64,000 nt of DNA from Candidatus Levyibacteriota bacterium (GTDB taxonomy: Bacteria > Patescibacteriota > Microgenomatia > Levybacterales > UBA12049), in assembly GCA_041906785.1 (NCBI GenBank), contig JAYRIM010000028.1:35934-99933 (forward strand), read 5' to 3'. Position 1 is the stretch's first letter, and each line of letters begins with the position of its first letter. Positions 17,660-28,292 of the stretch are shown here, piece after piece. Position numbers and translations under genes: made by a program. The notes beneath the pieces are model-generated. The model ran no database searches, had not been told where the DNA came from, and was given only the letters and a program-made list of their open reading frames with translations.

Positions 17660-19290
17660 AAAGAGATTTTCTTATATTATTTTTTTCTATAGTTGTTATT
17701 GCAACTTTTTTACGTTTATTCCGGTTAGATACAGTTCCTCCAGGAATTAACCAAGACGAGGGAGCGATAGGTTATAATGCATACTCGATCCTGAGAACTG
17801 GTAAAGATGAATATGGAAGACCTTTTCCTGTATCTTTCCAGTCATTTGGTGATTGGAAACTACCTTTATATATTTATGCTACTGTTCCTCTGGTTGGGGT
17901 TTTTGGTATTACCGAGGTAAGTGTTCGTTTGGTTTCTGCATTAGCAGGGGTTGGAACTGTTATACTTACATTTTTTCTCATATATGAGCTTTTTAATAAT
18001 TATTTTTTGGCATTTCTTTCAATGTTTCTTCTAGCCATTTCTCCCTGGCATCTACATATCTCGCGCGTTGAATCAGAGGCGAATACAGCCGTTTTTTTTG
18101 TAACTTTAGCTACATTGTTATTTTTGCGTAGTTTGCGGACAAAAGATTGGTTAATCATTCCTAGCTCTTTTTTCTTCGTCCTAACATACTATACCTATGC
18201 AGGAAATCATGTATTTACTACATTGTTACTTTTATCTTTAGTTGTTCTGTATTGGAAACAAATTCCACGAACCAAATATGCAATTATTGCAATAGTATTA
18301 TTTGCATCCCTCTTTAGTATAATTGCGTATTTTACTTTATTTGAAGCAAGTAAAACGAAAATATCTGGTATAGGCATTTTCGGAGATCCATCAGTAGTTC
18401 ATGCGAAAATAGAAATTCCTCGGAATGAACATACAGATCCTGGGTCGATTGCAGCAAAAATTTTTCATAATAAAATATACTTTGGCATAGAACGTTTTAT
18501 GCAAAACTATCTTAACGCCTTTTCTCCTGAGTTCCTATTTATAAAGGGAGGTACGAATCATGCACATAACATCGAAGGATTTGGCAATATGTATATTGTA
18601 GAATCGTTATTTTTCCTTACAGGCTTTATCTATCTTATTGTTACGAAAAAAAACCCTTCTCATTATCTTGTTATATTATGGTTGCTTATAGCACCTATTG
18701 CACCGAGCGTCACAAAGGACGCTCCTCACAGCAATAGAATGTTTGCTATTTTTCCAATGTTACCTGTCGTAACAGCTTCTGGTTTTTATTATGTATTTAC
18801 TATTTTGAGAAAAAATAAGATATTAGTACTCAGTTTATTTTGTATCTCATTTTTTTTATTAACAATTAATTTCGGCAAATATATTGACCAGTATTATGTT
18901 CATTTTCCCCGAAACGAAGGAGAACATTGGGGAGTAGGCTATAAACGATTACTGAATATTCTCAATAGTTCAGAATACCGTTCGAAACATATTGTTATGA
19001 GTCACCCTGAATATTCTCATTATATGTATCTGCTTTTTTACGATCCATATGACCCCGAACAGTATCAAAAAGAAGCGATGCGATATGCTCCGACAAGTGA
19101 TGGGTTTTATCATGTGAAATCTTTTGGTAGATATGAATTTAGAAATATCAACTGGGAATACGATATAGAAAATAGTGATATTGTAGTTTCATTATCAAAA
19201 GAAGTTCCTGAAAATATTAAACATGCATATAAAACCGAGGAGGTTATTCTCGATAATAATGAATCTATGTTTACCGTTATAAAAAAGTGA
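17656..19290 (+). CDS. PMT_2/GT39-like GT-C glycosyltransferase (paralog group A)
   Basis: 544 aa. Loop-1 motif PPGINQDEGAIGYNAYSILRTGKDEYGRPFP plus S(I/P)WH...SR. The start overlaps the previous stop (ATGA). Confidence 0.7.
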   Translation: MKRDFLILFFSIVVIATFLRLFRLDTVPPGINQDEGAIGYNAYSILRTGKDEYGRPFPVSFQSFGDWKLPLYIYATVPLVGVFGITEVSVRLVSALAGVGTVILTFFLIYELFNNYFLAFLSMFLLAISPWHLHISRVESEANTAVFFVTLATLLFLRSLRTKDWLIIPSSFFFVLTYYTYAGNHVFTTLLLLSLVVLYWKQIPRTKYAIIAIVLFASLFSIIAYFTLFEASKTKISGIGIFGDPSVVHAKIEIPRNEHTDPGSIAAKIFHNKIYFGIERFMQNYLNAFSPEFLFIKGGTNHAHNIEGFGNMYIVESLFFLTGFIYLIVTKKNPSHYLVILWLLIAPIAPSVTKDAPHSNRMFAIFPMLPVVTASGFYYVFTILRKNKILVLSLFCISFFLLTINFGKYIDQYYVHFPRNEGEHWGVGYKRLLNILNSSEYRSKHIVMSHPEYSHYMYLLFYDPYDPEQYQKEAMRYAPTSDGFYHVKSFGRYEFRNINWEYDIENSDIVVSLSKEVPENIKHAYKTEEVILDNNESMFTVIKK

Positions 19291-20837
19291 AAAAAACAAT
19301 TATTCTTCTTTTTATATTAATTATAGTTAGTTTGCCTTCCATCTTTCCTTTATTCCATGCAGGCTTTTTGCAGACAGACGATGGGGAATGGATGATTATT
19401 CGTTTTAGTGCATTTCATCAGGTACTTCGTGATGGACAATTCCCTGTTCGATTTTTAAGTCGCTTAAACTATGGATATGGTTATCCCGTTTCAAATTTTC
19501 TTTATCCTGGGTTTATGTATTTGGCAGAACCATTTAAAATTTTGGGATTTGGTTTTCTAAATGCAATTAAAATTATTATTGGTTTTTCAATGCTCGGTTC
19601 AGCAATCTTTACCTTTTTATGGTTAAAGAAATTATTTAATAATCTTTCTGCACTCCTGGGGTCCGTAGTCTATTTATACTATCCTTATCATTTATATGAT
19701 TTATATAAACGGGGATCTGTAGGGGAATTATTGGCATTAGCTGTTTTACCGTTTGTTCTTTGGCAAATAGAACGAAACAATTTTTTCTTAATCTCATTAG
19801 GAATAGCATTTTTAATACTCTCTCATAATACATTGGCGGTTCTTTTTCTACCTGTCTTAGTGTTTTATATGTTAATAAAAATATTAAAGTCGAAAGAACA
19901 AAGTAGAGCTTTACTACAATATATTGGGATACTTCTTTTCGGTTTTGGATTATCTGCCTTTTTCTGGATTCCTGCTATTTTGGAACTTTCTATTACTAAA
20001 TTCCATCAAACACAAGTCTCTGAATGGAATAGATATTTCGCAAATATAGAACTGATAGGCTTAGGTGCTTTTATTTTAGCTGCAAGTTTACCTCTTTTTT
20101 TTATTAAGAAATTAAAAAAAACTAGTATAGTTCTAGAGAGTTATTTATTTTTTTTTGTTGGTGCCTTAAGTATTTTTTTTAGTAGTTCAATCAGTAGTGC
20201 TTCTTGGAATAGTTTACCTGTCACATTTATCCAATTTCCTTTTAGGTTTCTTTCGCTTACGATTATATGTTCATCATTTTTAGTAGCAACTTTTTTATCA
20301 ATCACTTCAGATAGATTGAAAAATATTGCATCTATTATCTTTCTTTTTGTTCTTTTAATTATAAGTTTTCCTTTTACAGAGGTGAAAAGATATGTGTATT
20401 TTCCTGATGATTACTATGCTACTAATGAAGATACTACTACTGTAAAAAATGAATATATGCCACGTTGGGTGATACAGGAACCTCGTACGCATTTTGCTAA
20501 TAAAGTGGAAGTATTGGAAGGAACAGAAAATGTACGGGTAACATACACTTCAAATAAACTTGAGATATTTCCTAATACGACACAAAAAAAATTTCTTATT
20601 CATACAATCTATTACCCTGGGTGGATTGCATATGCAGATGGAAAAGAGATTAAAATTTTAATTAAACAACCTCAAGGTACTATGATAATAAATGTTCCTG
20701 AACATACTAAAAAAATTGAAGTAATCTTTAAAGAAACATCCCTAAGAATCTTTGCTGATTTCCTAAGCATCATTTCATTATGTATTCTTTTTATAAAGTT
20801 TCTTTTTGATAAAAAAATAATTACTCAGAAAAAATGA
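19287..20837 (+). CDS. GT-C-like membrane protein, PF10131 'PTPS-related' type (group B)
   Basis: 516 aa with a GTG start overlapping the previous stop (GTGA). Motif FLQTDDGEWMIIRF...GQFPVRF..LNYGYGYPVSNFLYP. C-terminus YYPGWIAYADGKEIKI. Confidence 0.6.
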   Translation: MKKTIILLFILIIVSLPSIFPLFHAGFLQTDDGEWMIIRFSAFHQVLRDGQFPVRFLSRLNYGYGYPVSNFLYPGFMYLAEPFKILGFGFLNAIKIIIGFSMLGSAIFTFLWLKKLFNNLSALLGSVVYLYYPYHLYDLYKRGSVGELLALAVLPFVLWQIERNNFFLISLGIAFLILSHNTLAVLFLPVLVFYMLIKILKSKEQSRALLQYIGILLFGFGLSAFFWIPAILELSITKFHQTQVSEWNRYFANIELIGLGAFILAASLPLFFIKKLKKTSIVLESYLFFFVGALSIFFSSSISSASWNSLPVTFIQFPFRFLSLTIICSSFLVATFLSITSDRLKNIASIIFLFVLLIISFPFTEVKRYVYFPDDYYATNEDTTTVKNEYMPRWVIQEPRTHFANKVEVLEGTENVRVTYTSNKLEIFPNTTQKKFLIHTIYYPGWIAYADGKEIKILIKQPQGTMIINVPEHTKKIEVIFKETSLRIFADFLSIISLCILFIKFLFDKKIITQKK

Positions 20838-22419
20838 TTGCAGGATTAGAGTCAAAAAATCGTATAATATGTAAGGGGTTCGAAGGCATTTCAATAGGTG
20901 CAAGAACATACAGAGTCTTTCCATCGTGAACTTCATGCTGCAAATCAATTTCTCTAAACGTGAAAATATCGAATGCATTCGTTTTTCGTGTTCCTCCATT
21001 AGAAAGATATGATTTTGGATCATATCGTGTATAAAACAGGAAGAAAATGTAAGGTTGTTCTAGTTTGGTGGAGACTACAACTTTCTTATGTTGCTCACGG
21101 TGTTGATTAACATAGCTCACAGCATCTCCATACCCGAATTGCCAGACATTCGAAACTTCATGATTCATTTGGAAAAAATATAAATAAAAATATTGAAAGA
21201 AAAGAAAGATTACTATTACCGTAATCCATGCAAAAAATATTAGCTGTTTTGCTATTGAAAATTTTCGAAAATAAAAAAAACTTACGTATATCCCTAATGC
21301 AATAATAATTTGAAAAGAAGGTAGAAAAAGCAATGTTCGTACTGCATGGGGAACTTCAGAAGTTAATGAGGCAGGTACAGGAGCAAGAAACAACCATAAG
21401 AAAAGAATAGACCGGAGTTTTGAGTTTCGGCAGAGAAGTGTCAATAATCCGGCGAATAAAAATGGAGCTTCCCAAATATAGAGTAAGCCGGTTGACGGTG
21501 CATGATGACGATCGTTATCTCCAGTTATAAATAACCATTTAGGTGAAAAATGCGATAGATAATTTGATGGAATTTCATATAATTTTGTTAATACAGGAAA
21601 ATCGAACAGTAAATAATTAATTCCGAAATAAGTATTGCTGCTATTCGTTTTAGAATTTGCATTATTAAATATTGATGTTTGAGAAAATCTTCCTGTTATT
21701 TTATATAATTGGTTTTGAGAAACAAAATAGATAAAAGGACTTAAAAATAAAAAAATTATGCATAATAATATGCATAAATATTTTTTAGAAATGTTTATCT
21801 GTTTTATAAACAATAAGCATAATCCAACAGTAAAAAGCGGTATAAACAATTTCTGACTATGGTAGCTATGAAGTGCCAGTCCATAAAAAATAACACTAGG
21901 AATAAAATACATAGATTTCCGTAATCCCATAAGGAAAAATAGTAGTCCGAAAATTGTAAAGCTTAAAGCGATATTTGCTTCATAGGCAACTCTTGAGAAT
22001 TGTACGTGCCAAGGAGATATTGCTAACAGAAAAGATGCAAGAAGACTTATAGATAGCGCATGTTTATTGCTTCTATCTAATAATAATAGTTCTCTTGTTA
22101 AAAAAAAGGTTCCTATTACTGCGAGCACACCCATAATGACAGAAGGAAATCTTACAGCAAAAGCATTTAACCCAAAAAAAGCGATAGAAGGTATTGCTGC
22201 ATACACATACATTGGTGGTTTATAGTCATTAAACGATCGGATTGAAAGTGGAAGTAGTTCTCCATACTCATCTTTACCAGTTAATAAAATAGAATATGCA
22301 TTGTATCCCAATGAGACTTCATCCCAGTTTGGAGTTATTGGCACACCGCTTAGATGCCAAATTCTCAGAAAAGTTGCAATGAAAATTATGAGAGAAAAAA
22401 TCAAAATAGTGTATTTCAT
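20821..22419 (-). CDS. PMT_2/GT39-like GT-C glycosyltransferase (group A), first inverted block
   Basis: 532 aa. Motif PITPNWDEVSLGYNAYSILLTGKDEYGELLP. Its 3' end overlaps the convergent 19287..20837 gene by 17 bp. Confidence 0.7.
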   Translation of the reverse strand: MKYTILIFSLIIFIATFLRIWHLSGVPITPNWDEVSLGYNAYSILLTGKDEYGELLPLSIRSFNDYKPPMYVYAAIPSIAFFGLNAFAVRFPSVIMGVLAVIGTFFLTRELLLLDRSNKHALSISLLASFLLAISPWHVQFSRVAYEANIALSFTIFGLLFFLMGLRKSMYFIPSVIFYGLALHSYHSQKLFIPLFTVGLCLLFIKQINISKKYLCILLCIIFLFLSPFIYFVSQNQLYKITGRFSQTSIFNNANSKTNSSNTYFGINYLLFDFPVLTKLYEIPSNYLSHFSPKWLFITGDNDRHHAPSTGLLYIWEAPFLFAGLLTLLCRNSKLRSILFLWLFLAPVPASLTSEVPHAVRTLLFLPSFQIIIALGIYVSFFYFRKFSIAKQLIFFAWITVIVIFLFFQYFYLYFFQMNHEVSNVWQFGYGDAVSYVNQHREQHKKVVVSTKLEQPYIFFLFYTRYDPKSYLSNGGTRKTNAFDIFTFREIDLQHEVHDGKTLYVLAPIEMPSNPLHIIRFFDSNPAIIFSE

Positions 22420-22422
22420 TTT

Positions 22423-23985
22423 TTATAATGTAAATATACTAATAGCTCTATCGTCTTTTCCTTCTGTTTGATGTATTAGTTTAGCTTCATTAGGACTATT
22501 TTTAGTAGGTTGTATATAAAGAGTATTAACACTATATATTTTAGGAGTCTCAGTTAAGAAAATATATTTTTTGTTATTTATAGATATTTCTTGGGTAATT
22601 TTCGTTGTTTTCCAGGATTGTATGTGTGATTTTTCATAGAATAGGAAATATAAGAAAATGTTTTTCCCAAATGTTACATCCGTAACGTAAACAATCCCAG
22701 CATTTTTTGCATGAGTTTCAATATATGAGAATGCTTGTATATATTTAACTTGGATATTTTCATCTGCCGGATATTTTAAAAAATACATATATGAAAATCT
22801 TCCGAGAAAATATATATAGGAAATTATAATAAAAGGAAGAATTATCATTTTGCTATTTTTTTCTAAAAAAGACATGTAGAAATTCAAACTCTTTGAAATA
22901 AAAACTGCAAATAATGGTATGAAAAGTGAAGTTATAAGCATATTTGGAGAACTTTTGTTAATAGTAAAGGGGAATATTGTAAGTATAAAAAATAACAGTA
23001 GACAAAGCATTAGTTTTTGTCTATTTCTGCTGATGTAAAATAAACCAAGAATTAGAAAAACAAGCTCGATTGGAGAAAATAATCCTGTATATGGATTCAA
23101 AGAATCTACATTTTTATCCCAGTTGAAAAATAATGAGCGAGGTTCAATATAATCAGTAAAACGTGATAGATATAACTTAGTTTTTTCAATAGTACTATCA
23201 TGCAGAATGTGTGCTGCTAGGGTATTTCCGCTATATATAATTCGATTAGTTGCTTTTTGTTCTAGAGTAATATCCCAGTAAACACTTGTATCATCTTTTT
23301 TAGAATAATATAAAAAAATGTTATTAACTATTGGTAGAAGTAAAATGAGAAAGAATATAGCAGGAAGTAGGGAAGAGAACATTTTTATTTTGCGTTTTTT
23401 TGCCACATAATATAAACCGAAAACGAATAGTAAAGTTGATGGAATAAAAAATGAATAATCACTATATATTGAGAGTATGAGTAAAGGAATTGTTATTAAA
23501 ATGAATTTCTCGTTATCTAAAAACTTTATAAAACAGTAGAAAGCAAGAAGTAAGAAAAAAATTCCTACATTTGTTCCTATATCAATGCGTGATATTTGCA
23601 TATGCCAAAAAGACAAACCATAAATTGTAGTAGCTATTAAAATTTCGTTTTCACTAAATAGCGAAGTTCGTTTTTTTACTTCATTAAGTAAACTAAAAAA
23701 TAAAAAAACAGTAAATGTTCCGAAAAAAGCAGAAGGCATTCTTACTGACCATTCATTTAATCCAAATATTGTTATAAAAGAAGAAGTAAAATATACCGGC
23801 AACGGTGCAATATACGTTGCAAATTGGTTAAGATTATTCATGAGCAGTTTATCATGCGTTACCATTGCTTTTGCGAGCAATCCAGTCAGTACTTCTTTTT
23901 CAAGTAAAACGGAGGGAGTTGAAGAAAGTTGAAATATTCTGAAGAAAAAAGATACGAAAAGGATAATAATAAGAAAAAAACGCAT
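22423..23985 (-). CDS. PMT_2/GT39-like paralog lacking the catalytic D-E loop motif (possibly non-catalytic)
   Basis: 520 aa. It is clearly homologous to group A (LNEWSVRMPSAFFGTFTVF matches LNEFATRFPSAFFGTFTVF of 48087). The position of ..DE..GYNAYS.. reads LLEKEVLTGLLAKA instead. Confidence 0.6.
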   Translation of the reverse strand: MRFFLIIILFVSFFFRIFQLSSTPSVLLEKEVLTGLLAKAMVTHDKLLMNNLNQFATYIAPLPVYFTSSFITIFGLNEWSVRMPSAFFGTFTVFLFFSLLNEVKKRTSLFSENEILIATTIYGLSFWHMQISRIDIGTNVGIFFLLLAFYCFIKFLDNEKFILITIPLLILSIYSDYSFFIPSTLLFVFGLYYVAKKRKIKMFSSLLPAIFFLILLLPIVNNIFLYYSKKDDTSVYWDITLEQKATNRIIYSGNTLAAHILHDSTIEKTKLYLSRFTDYIEPRSLFFNWDKNVDSLNPYTGLFSPIELVFLILGLFYISRNRQKLMLCLLLFFILTIFPFTINKSSPNMLITSLFIPLFAVFISKSLNFYMSFLEKNSKMIILPFIIISYIYFLGRFSYMYFLKYPADENIQVKYIQAFSYIETHAKNAGIVYVTDVTFGKNIFLYFLFYEKSHIQSWKTTKITQEISINNKKYIFLTETPKIYSVNTLYIQPTKNSPNEAKLIHQTEGKDDRAISIFTL

Positions 23986-24034
23986 TGTATACAGCTAGAA
24001 AATATTATACTATACTTACACATCAATATTTTTC

Positions 24035-25717
24035 ATGATTATAAAAAAACTCACCTCTCTTTCTAGCTACTGGTATCTAGCATTGTTATTATTACTCGCG
24101 TTCACTCTTAGAATATATGATTTAACTAATCTGCCTGCGGGTATACATGGAGATGAAGCAAGCATAGGTTATAATGCGTATTCCTTATTAAAAACTGGCT
24201 ACGATCAAAATGGTACGTTTCTACCTCTCGCGATCGACCAGTTTGGTGATTTTAGACCTCCCGGGTATCACTATATAGATATACCTTTTGTGGCACTCCT
24301 AGGGTTGAATGAACTTTCTACCAGATTACCTGCAGCATTATTTGGTTCAGCTACAATACTTGTTTTTTACTTCTTTCTTTTAGAAATTTTTAAAAATAAG
24401 AATATATCACTTATAGGATCTGGGTTACTAGCAATTTCTCCTTGGCATATAGTTATTTCTAGAGCTACGTCAGAAGGAATTATCGCAGCTTTTTTCATAT
24501 TATTCGGTGTTCTTTTTATGTTTAAAGCAAATCAAAAAAAAGAAAAATCATCATTTTTTGTAGTAAGCTTTCTTTCTTTTCTTCTAAGTTTTCTTTTTTA
24601 TCATTCAGCACGGTTCTTTGTTCCGGTGTTTCTCATCCCATTCATATTGTTGTTATTTCAGAAATATAAGGTTAGTCGTAAGATTATCTTGTATGTTTCT
24701 ATTTTATTTATTTCTCTTATAGCAATTCTGTATTTACTTTTTTCAGTCGGTAAAGGAGAAGCTCGTCCTTTAACAGTTAGTATATTTAATTTTCCGATGG
24801 GAACTCATGATTTAGAGCAGCAGATAGGTCAAGACGGAAATCAAAATCCTTATATAACTCGATTTTTTCATAATAAAGTTTTTTACTATGGTAGAATTTT
24901 TTTAACAAATTATTTTCAGCATTTCGATGGTGATTTTCTTTTTGTAAACAACGGATTGCCTGTACGTTATAAAGTACCGTGGACAGGAAATTTAAATCTC
25001 ATAGATCTTCCTTTTCTTCTTTTCGGTTTTTCTGTGTTACTTACGGAAGGAATTAAAAATAAAAAAACATTTTATTTAATTCCTGTTCTTTGGCTTATTG
25101 TTGCCGCAATACCAGCTGGTCTTACCTGGGAAGATATTCCAAACATTCAACGATCGAGCTTAATGCTTTATGGTTTTCTTGCAATTACGGCATTTGGGAT
25201 AAATGAATTTTTTCAAATTCCTAATAAAAAAGTAAAACCGATATTACTAATCGTTTTCTTACTTTTTTTGACACATAATTTTTTCTATTTCATTCATAAT
25301 TATTATTATCATGCACGTATTTATGAACCTTGGCATAGAAGTGCTGCGGCTAAAGAAGTCGTCTTTACCGTAAATGAATTATCTAAAACATATGATACTA
25401 TCAGAATGACAACACAAGGTAATAATAATTTAGTTCATCATCTTTTTTATAATAAGTTTGATCCAGTGCTTTTTAAAAAGATGGGATCTCCTCGAGAAGA
25501 AGAAAACCTCCGTTTCGGAAAAGTAATCTTTACTGGGAATTATTGTCCATTAGAAGGAGATCCTGAAAAATATGCTACTCACTATAAAAAAGGAATCATA
25601 TATATCGATATGCCCCAATGCAAACTGCCTAAAAATGCAGAAATCATAAAGACAATTCGTCATCCTGATGGGATACCTGCGTATTACGTAGTTAAATTAA
25701 ATCCAATTCCTTCTTAA
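24035..25717 (+). CDS. PMT_2/GT39-like GT-C glycosyltransferase (group A)
   Basis: 560 aa. Motif PAGIHGDEASIGYNAYSLLKTGYDQNGTFLP. It is divergent from the minus block across a 49-bp gap. Confidence 0.7.
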   Translation: MIIKKLTSLSSYWYLALLLLLAFTLRIYDLTNLPAGIHGDEASIGYNAYSLLKTGYDQNGTFLPLAIDQFGDFRPPGYHYIDIPFVALLGLNELSTRLPAALFGSATILVFYFFLLEIFKNKNISLIGSGLLAISPWHIVISRATSEGIIAAFFILFGVLFMFKANQKKEKSSFFVVSFLSFLLSFLFYHSARFFVPVFLIPFILLLFQKYKVSRKIILYVSILFISLIAILYLLFSVGKGEARPLTVSIFNFPMGTHDLEQQIGQDGNQNPYITRFFHNKVFYYGRIFLTNYFQHFDGDFLFVNNGLPVRYKVPWTGNLNLIDLPFLLFGFSVLLTEGIKNKKTFYLIPVLWLIVAAIPAGLTWEDIPNIQRSSLMLYGFLAITAFGINEFFQIPNKKVKPILLIVFLLFLTHNFFYFIHNYYYHARIYEPWHRSAAAKEVVFTVNELSKTYDTIRMTTQGNNNLVHHLFYNKFDPVLFKKMGSPREEENLRFGKVIFTGNYCPLEGDPEKYATHYKKGIIYIDMPQCKLPKNAEIIKTIRHPDGIPAYYVVKLNPIPS

Positions 25718-25753
25718 AGCACATCAGTTATTTGCTTAGTATATAATAAAGAT

Positions 25754-27538
25754 ATGCTTCAGCATATAAAGACACTAGCCAATTTTTTATTAGTACTTTT
25801 TCTTTCTTTTTTTGCAATTTTGCCTTTGACGATCCCGGGATTTTTTCCAATGCATGATGACACGCAGCCTGCGAGAGTACAGCAGATGGCACAATCTCTA
25901 AAAGATGGTATGTTTCCTGTACGTTGGGTAGCGGATTTAGGTTACGGTTATGGGTATCCACTGTTTAATTTTTATGCACCTTTTGCTTACTATATCGGCG
26001 CTTCTTTTATCTTTCTTGGATTTAATGCCCTTATTGCAACCAAATTTATGATGGGATTGCCTATATTATTTGCAGGTATATCAATGTATTTTTTAGCTAA
26101 GCAGTTTTGGGGAACTACGGGCGGAATAATCTCGGGCTTACTATATGTGTATGCGCCTTATACGGCAGTTAATCTCTACGTTCGAGGGGATGTAGCAGAA
26201 CTTTGGGCGTATGGATTCATACCCACGGTATTTCTAGGCCTTTATAAAATAATTGTGCTTGTAAACCAAGACAACAGTATACGGATTGATAAATCAAATA
26301 TCAAAAATCAAATATCGAAAATACAGAGAAGAAATAAAAAAGTAGTTTGGAGTTGGATGACAGTAATAGCCCTAAGTTATTCAGCTATTATTCTCTCGCA
26401 TAATCTAACAGCGATGATGGTCACGCCATTTATATTTTGTACCATCCTAATTTCCGACATAGTATTTTTAAAAGATAAAAATCTATACGCTCTGCGATAT
26501 ACGCTATCTGCTATACTCCTTGGAATTTTACTGTCTACATTTTACTGGCTTCCGGCATTAACAGAAATGAAATACACAAATGTTTTATCCCAGATAGGCG
26601 GAAAAGCAGATTATAATCTGCATTTCGTTTGTCCTGAACAATTATGGGAAAGTAATTGGGGATTTGGTGGATCAACTCCTAGTTGTGTTGATGGTATGTC
26701 GTTTCGAATAGGAAAATTACATATTTCATTAACTATCCTTTCTCTTTGTTTATTACCAGTATTAAAAAGAAAAAGCGAAAAGCTACCCATTGTTTTAGCT
26801 TTTTTCGGTGTTTTAGTTGGAATATTTTTTAGTTTACATATTTCTTCATTTATATGGAATATGATACCTATCATAGCTTTTTTTCAATATCCATGGAGGT
26901 TTCTGCTTCTAATTTCATTTTTTAGTTCGTTTGTTGGGGGATCTATCGTTTTATTTAAGCAGGTACTACATAGTGAAAAATCAAAACAATTACTATTTGA
27001 AGTAACTATTTTTTTATTTGTCATAGCAGGAGTATATATACTGTATGGAAGATTATTTAAGCCCCAGTATGTCCAGCCTAAAACAGCAGAAGATTATGTG
27101 AGTACAGACATACTACGCTGGAATATATCAAGAATATCTGATGAATATTTACCTAAGAACTTTCAGAAACCATTAGATCCGAGGGATAGAGTTCAGGATA
27201 AATTTCTTGTTTTATCTGGGAAAGTTGCAATTCAAGAGAAAACAAATAAAACAGCATCTTTGGTTGCTAATATTTTAAGTAAAACAGATTCAAAAATACG
27301 AATTCTCACAACACCCTTTCCAGCCTGGCAAGTATTTTACAATAACACAAAACTTTCATACTCTGCTACCGATAAAGGAATAGAATTTGTTCTTCCACCT
27401 TCAAGTGGAGAATTAAAGCTTGTATACGTTTCAACGCCATTCGAATATTTTGGGAATATAGTTAGTCTAATTGGTATTACGCTGCTTTTTATTGGTATAA
27501 TTGGTTTACCCGTAAAACGGAATTTATTTAGCAAATAA
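25754..27538 (+). CDS. GT-C-like membrane protein, PF10131 'PTPS-related' type (group B)
   Basis: 594 aa. Motif FPMHDDTQPARV...GMFPVRWVADLGYGYGYPLFNFYAPFAY. Confidence 0.6.
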   Translation: MLQHIKTLANFLLVLFLSFFAILPLTIPGFFPMHDDTQPARVQQMAQSLKDGMFPVRWVADLGYGYGYPLFNFYAPFAYYIGASFIFLGFNALIATKFMMGLPILFAGISMYFLAKQFWGTTGGIISGLLYVYAPYTAVNLYVRGDVAELWAYGFIPTVFLGLYKIIVLVNQDNSIRIDKSNIKNQISKIQRRNKKVVWSWMTVIALSYSAIILSHNLTAMMVTPFIFCTILISDIVFLKDKNLYALRYTLSAILLGILLSTFYWLPALTEMKYTNVLSQIGGKADYNLHFVCPEQLWESNWGFGGSTPSCVDGMSFRIGKLHISLTILSLCLLPVLKRKSEKLPIVLAFFGVLVGIFFSLHISSFIWNMIPIIAFFQYPWRFLLLISFFSSFVGGSIVLFKQVLHSEKSKQLLFEVTIFLFVIAGVYILYGRLFKPQYVQPKTAEDYVSTDILRWNISRISDEYLPKNFQKPLDPRDRVQDKFLVLSGKVAIQEKTNKTASLVANILSKTDSKIRILTTPFPAWQVFYNNTKLSYSATDKGIEFVLPPSSGELKLVYVSTPFEYFGNIVSLIGITLLFIGIIGLPVKRNLFSK

Positions 27539-27556
27539 TTTAAGCGAGGAACATAC

Positions 27557-28288
27557 GTGAAAAAAACTGTAGAAATAACTGTGCCTGTTTATAATGAAGA
27601 AAAAGAACTCGAAAAAAGCATTTTAACGCTTCATTCTTTTTGTGTTAAAAACCTAAAAGATTATGATTGGAATATTACTATTGCTGATAATGCCTCAACA
27701 GATAACACCCCTATTGTTGGTGCTACTTTAGCGAAACATAATGCGCATATTAAACTTTTCCGTCTTGAGGAAAAAGGAAGAGGGAGGGCAGTGAAAAGAC
27801 TGTGGAGCCAAGCAAAAACTGATTTCTGTGCATATATGGATTTAGATCTTTCGACAGATCTCATTCATTTGCCGAATATCTTGAAGTCTCTTGAAGACGG
27901 ATATGACATAGCTATCGGTTCGAGGCTAGCTAAAGGTGCGAAAGTGGAAGGGAGAACTTGGATTCGTGAATTAATATCTAGAACATTGAATTTTATGTTT
28001 ATCCAATTATTATTTCGAACCCATTTCACCGACGCCCAATGCGGATTTAAAGCTGTAACACGAGATGTAGTAGATAACCTTATTCCGCATATAAAAGATA
28101 ATGGATGGTTTTTTGATGGTGAATTACTTATTGTTGCAGAAAAGGCTGGATATAAGATTTACGAAGAACCTGTTCACTGGGTTGATAATCCTGGATCAAC
28201 TGTGAGATTGATGTCAACAATTTCAGGAGATATACAAGTTATGGTCAGACTCTTACGTGCACAACCATGGAAAAAATTAAAAAAATAA
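27557..28288 (+). CDS. GT2 polyprenyl-phosphate sugar synthase (Dpm1/GtrB-like), GTG start
   Basis: 243 aa. Motifs ITVPVYNEE ... IADNASTDNT ... DLD ... QCGFKAV. GAGGA RBS 6 nt upstream of the GTG. Confidence 0.75.
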   Translation: MKKTVEITVPVYNEEKELEKSILTLHSFCVKNLKDYDWNITIADNASTDNTPIVGATLAKHNAHIKLFRLEEKGRGRAVKRLWSQAKTDFCAYMDLDLSTDLIHLPNILKSLEDGYDIAIGSRLAKGAKVEGRTWIRELISRTLNFMFIQLLFRTHFTDAQCGFKAVTRDVVDNLIPHIKDNGWFFDGELLIVAEKAGYKIYEEPVHWVDNPGSTVRLMSTISGDIQVMVRLLRAQPWKKLKK

Positions 28289-28292
28289 ATGT

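Noticed and set aside
26281-26340. Short imperfect tandem repeats inside coding sequence, e.g. aaatatcaaaaatcaaatatcgaaaat at about 26290 and aaatatcaaatag x2 at 49255-49285
   Set aside because: Only two imperfect copies each. They encode low-complexity Asn/Lys/Ile loops, typical of AT-rich genomes, and are not convincing as functional repeats.
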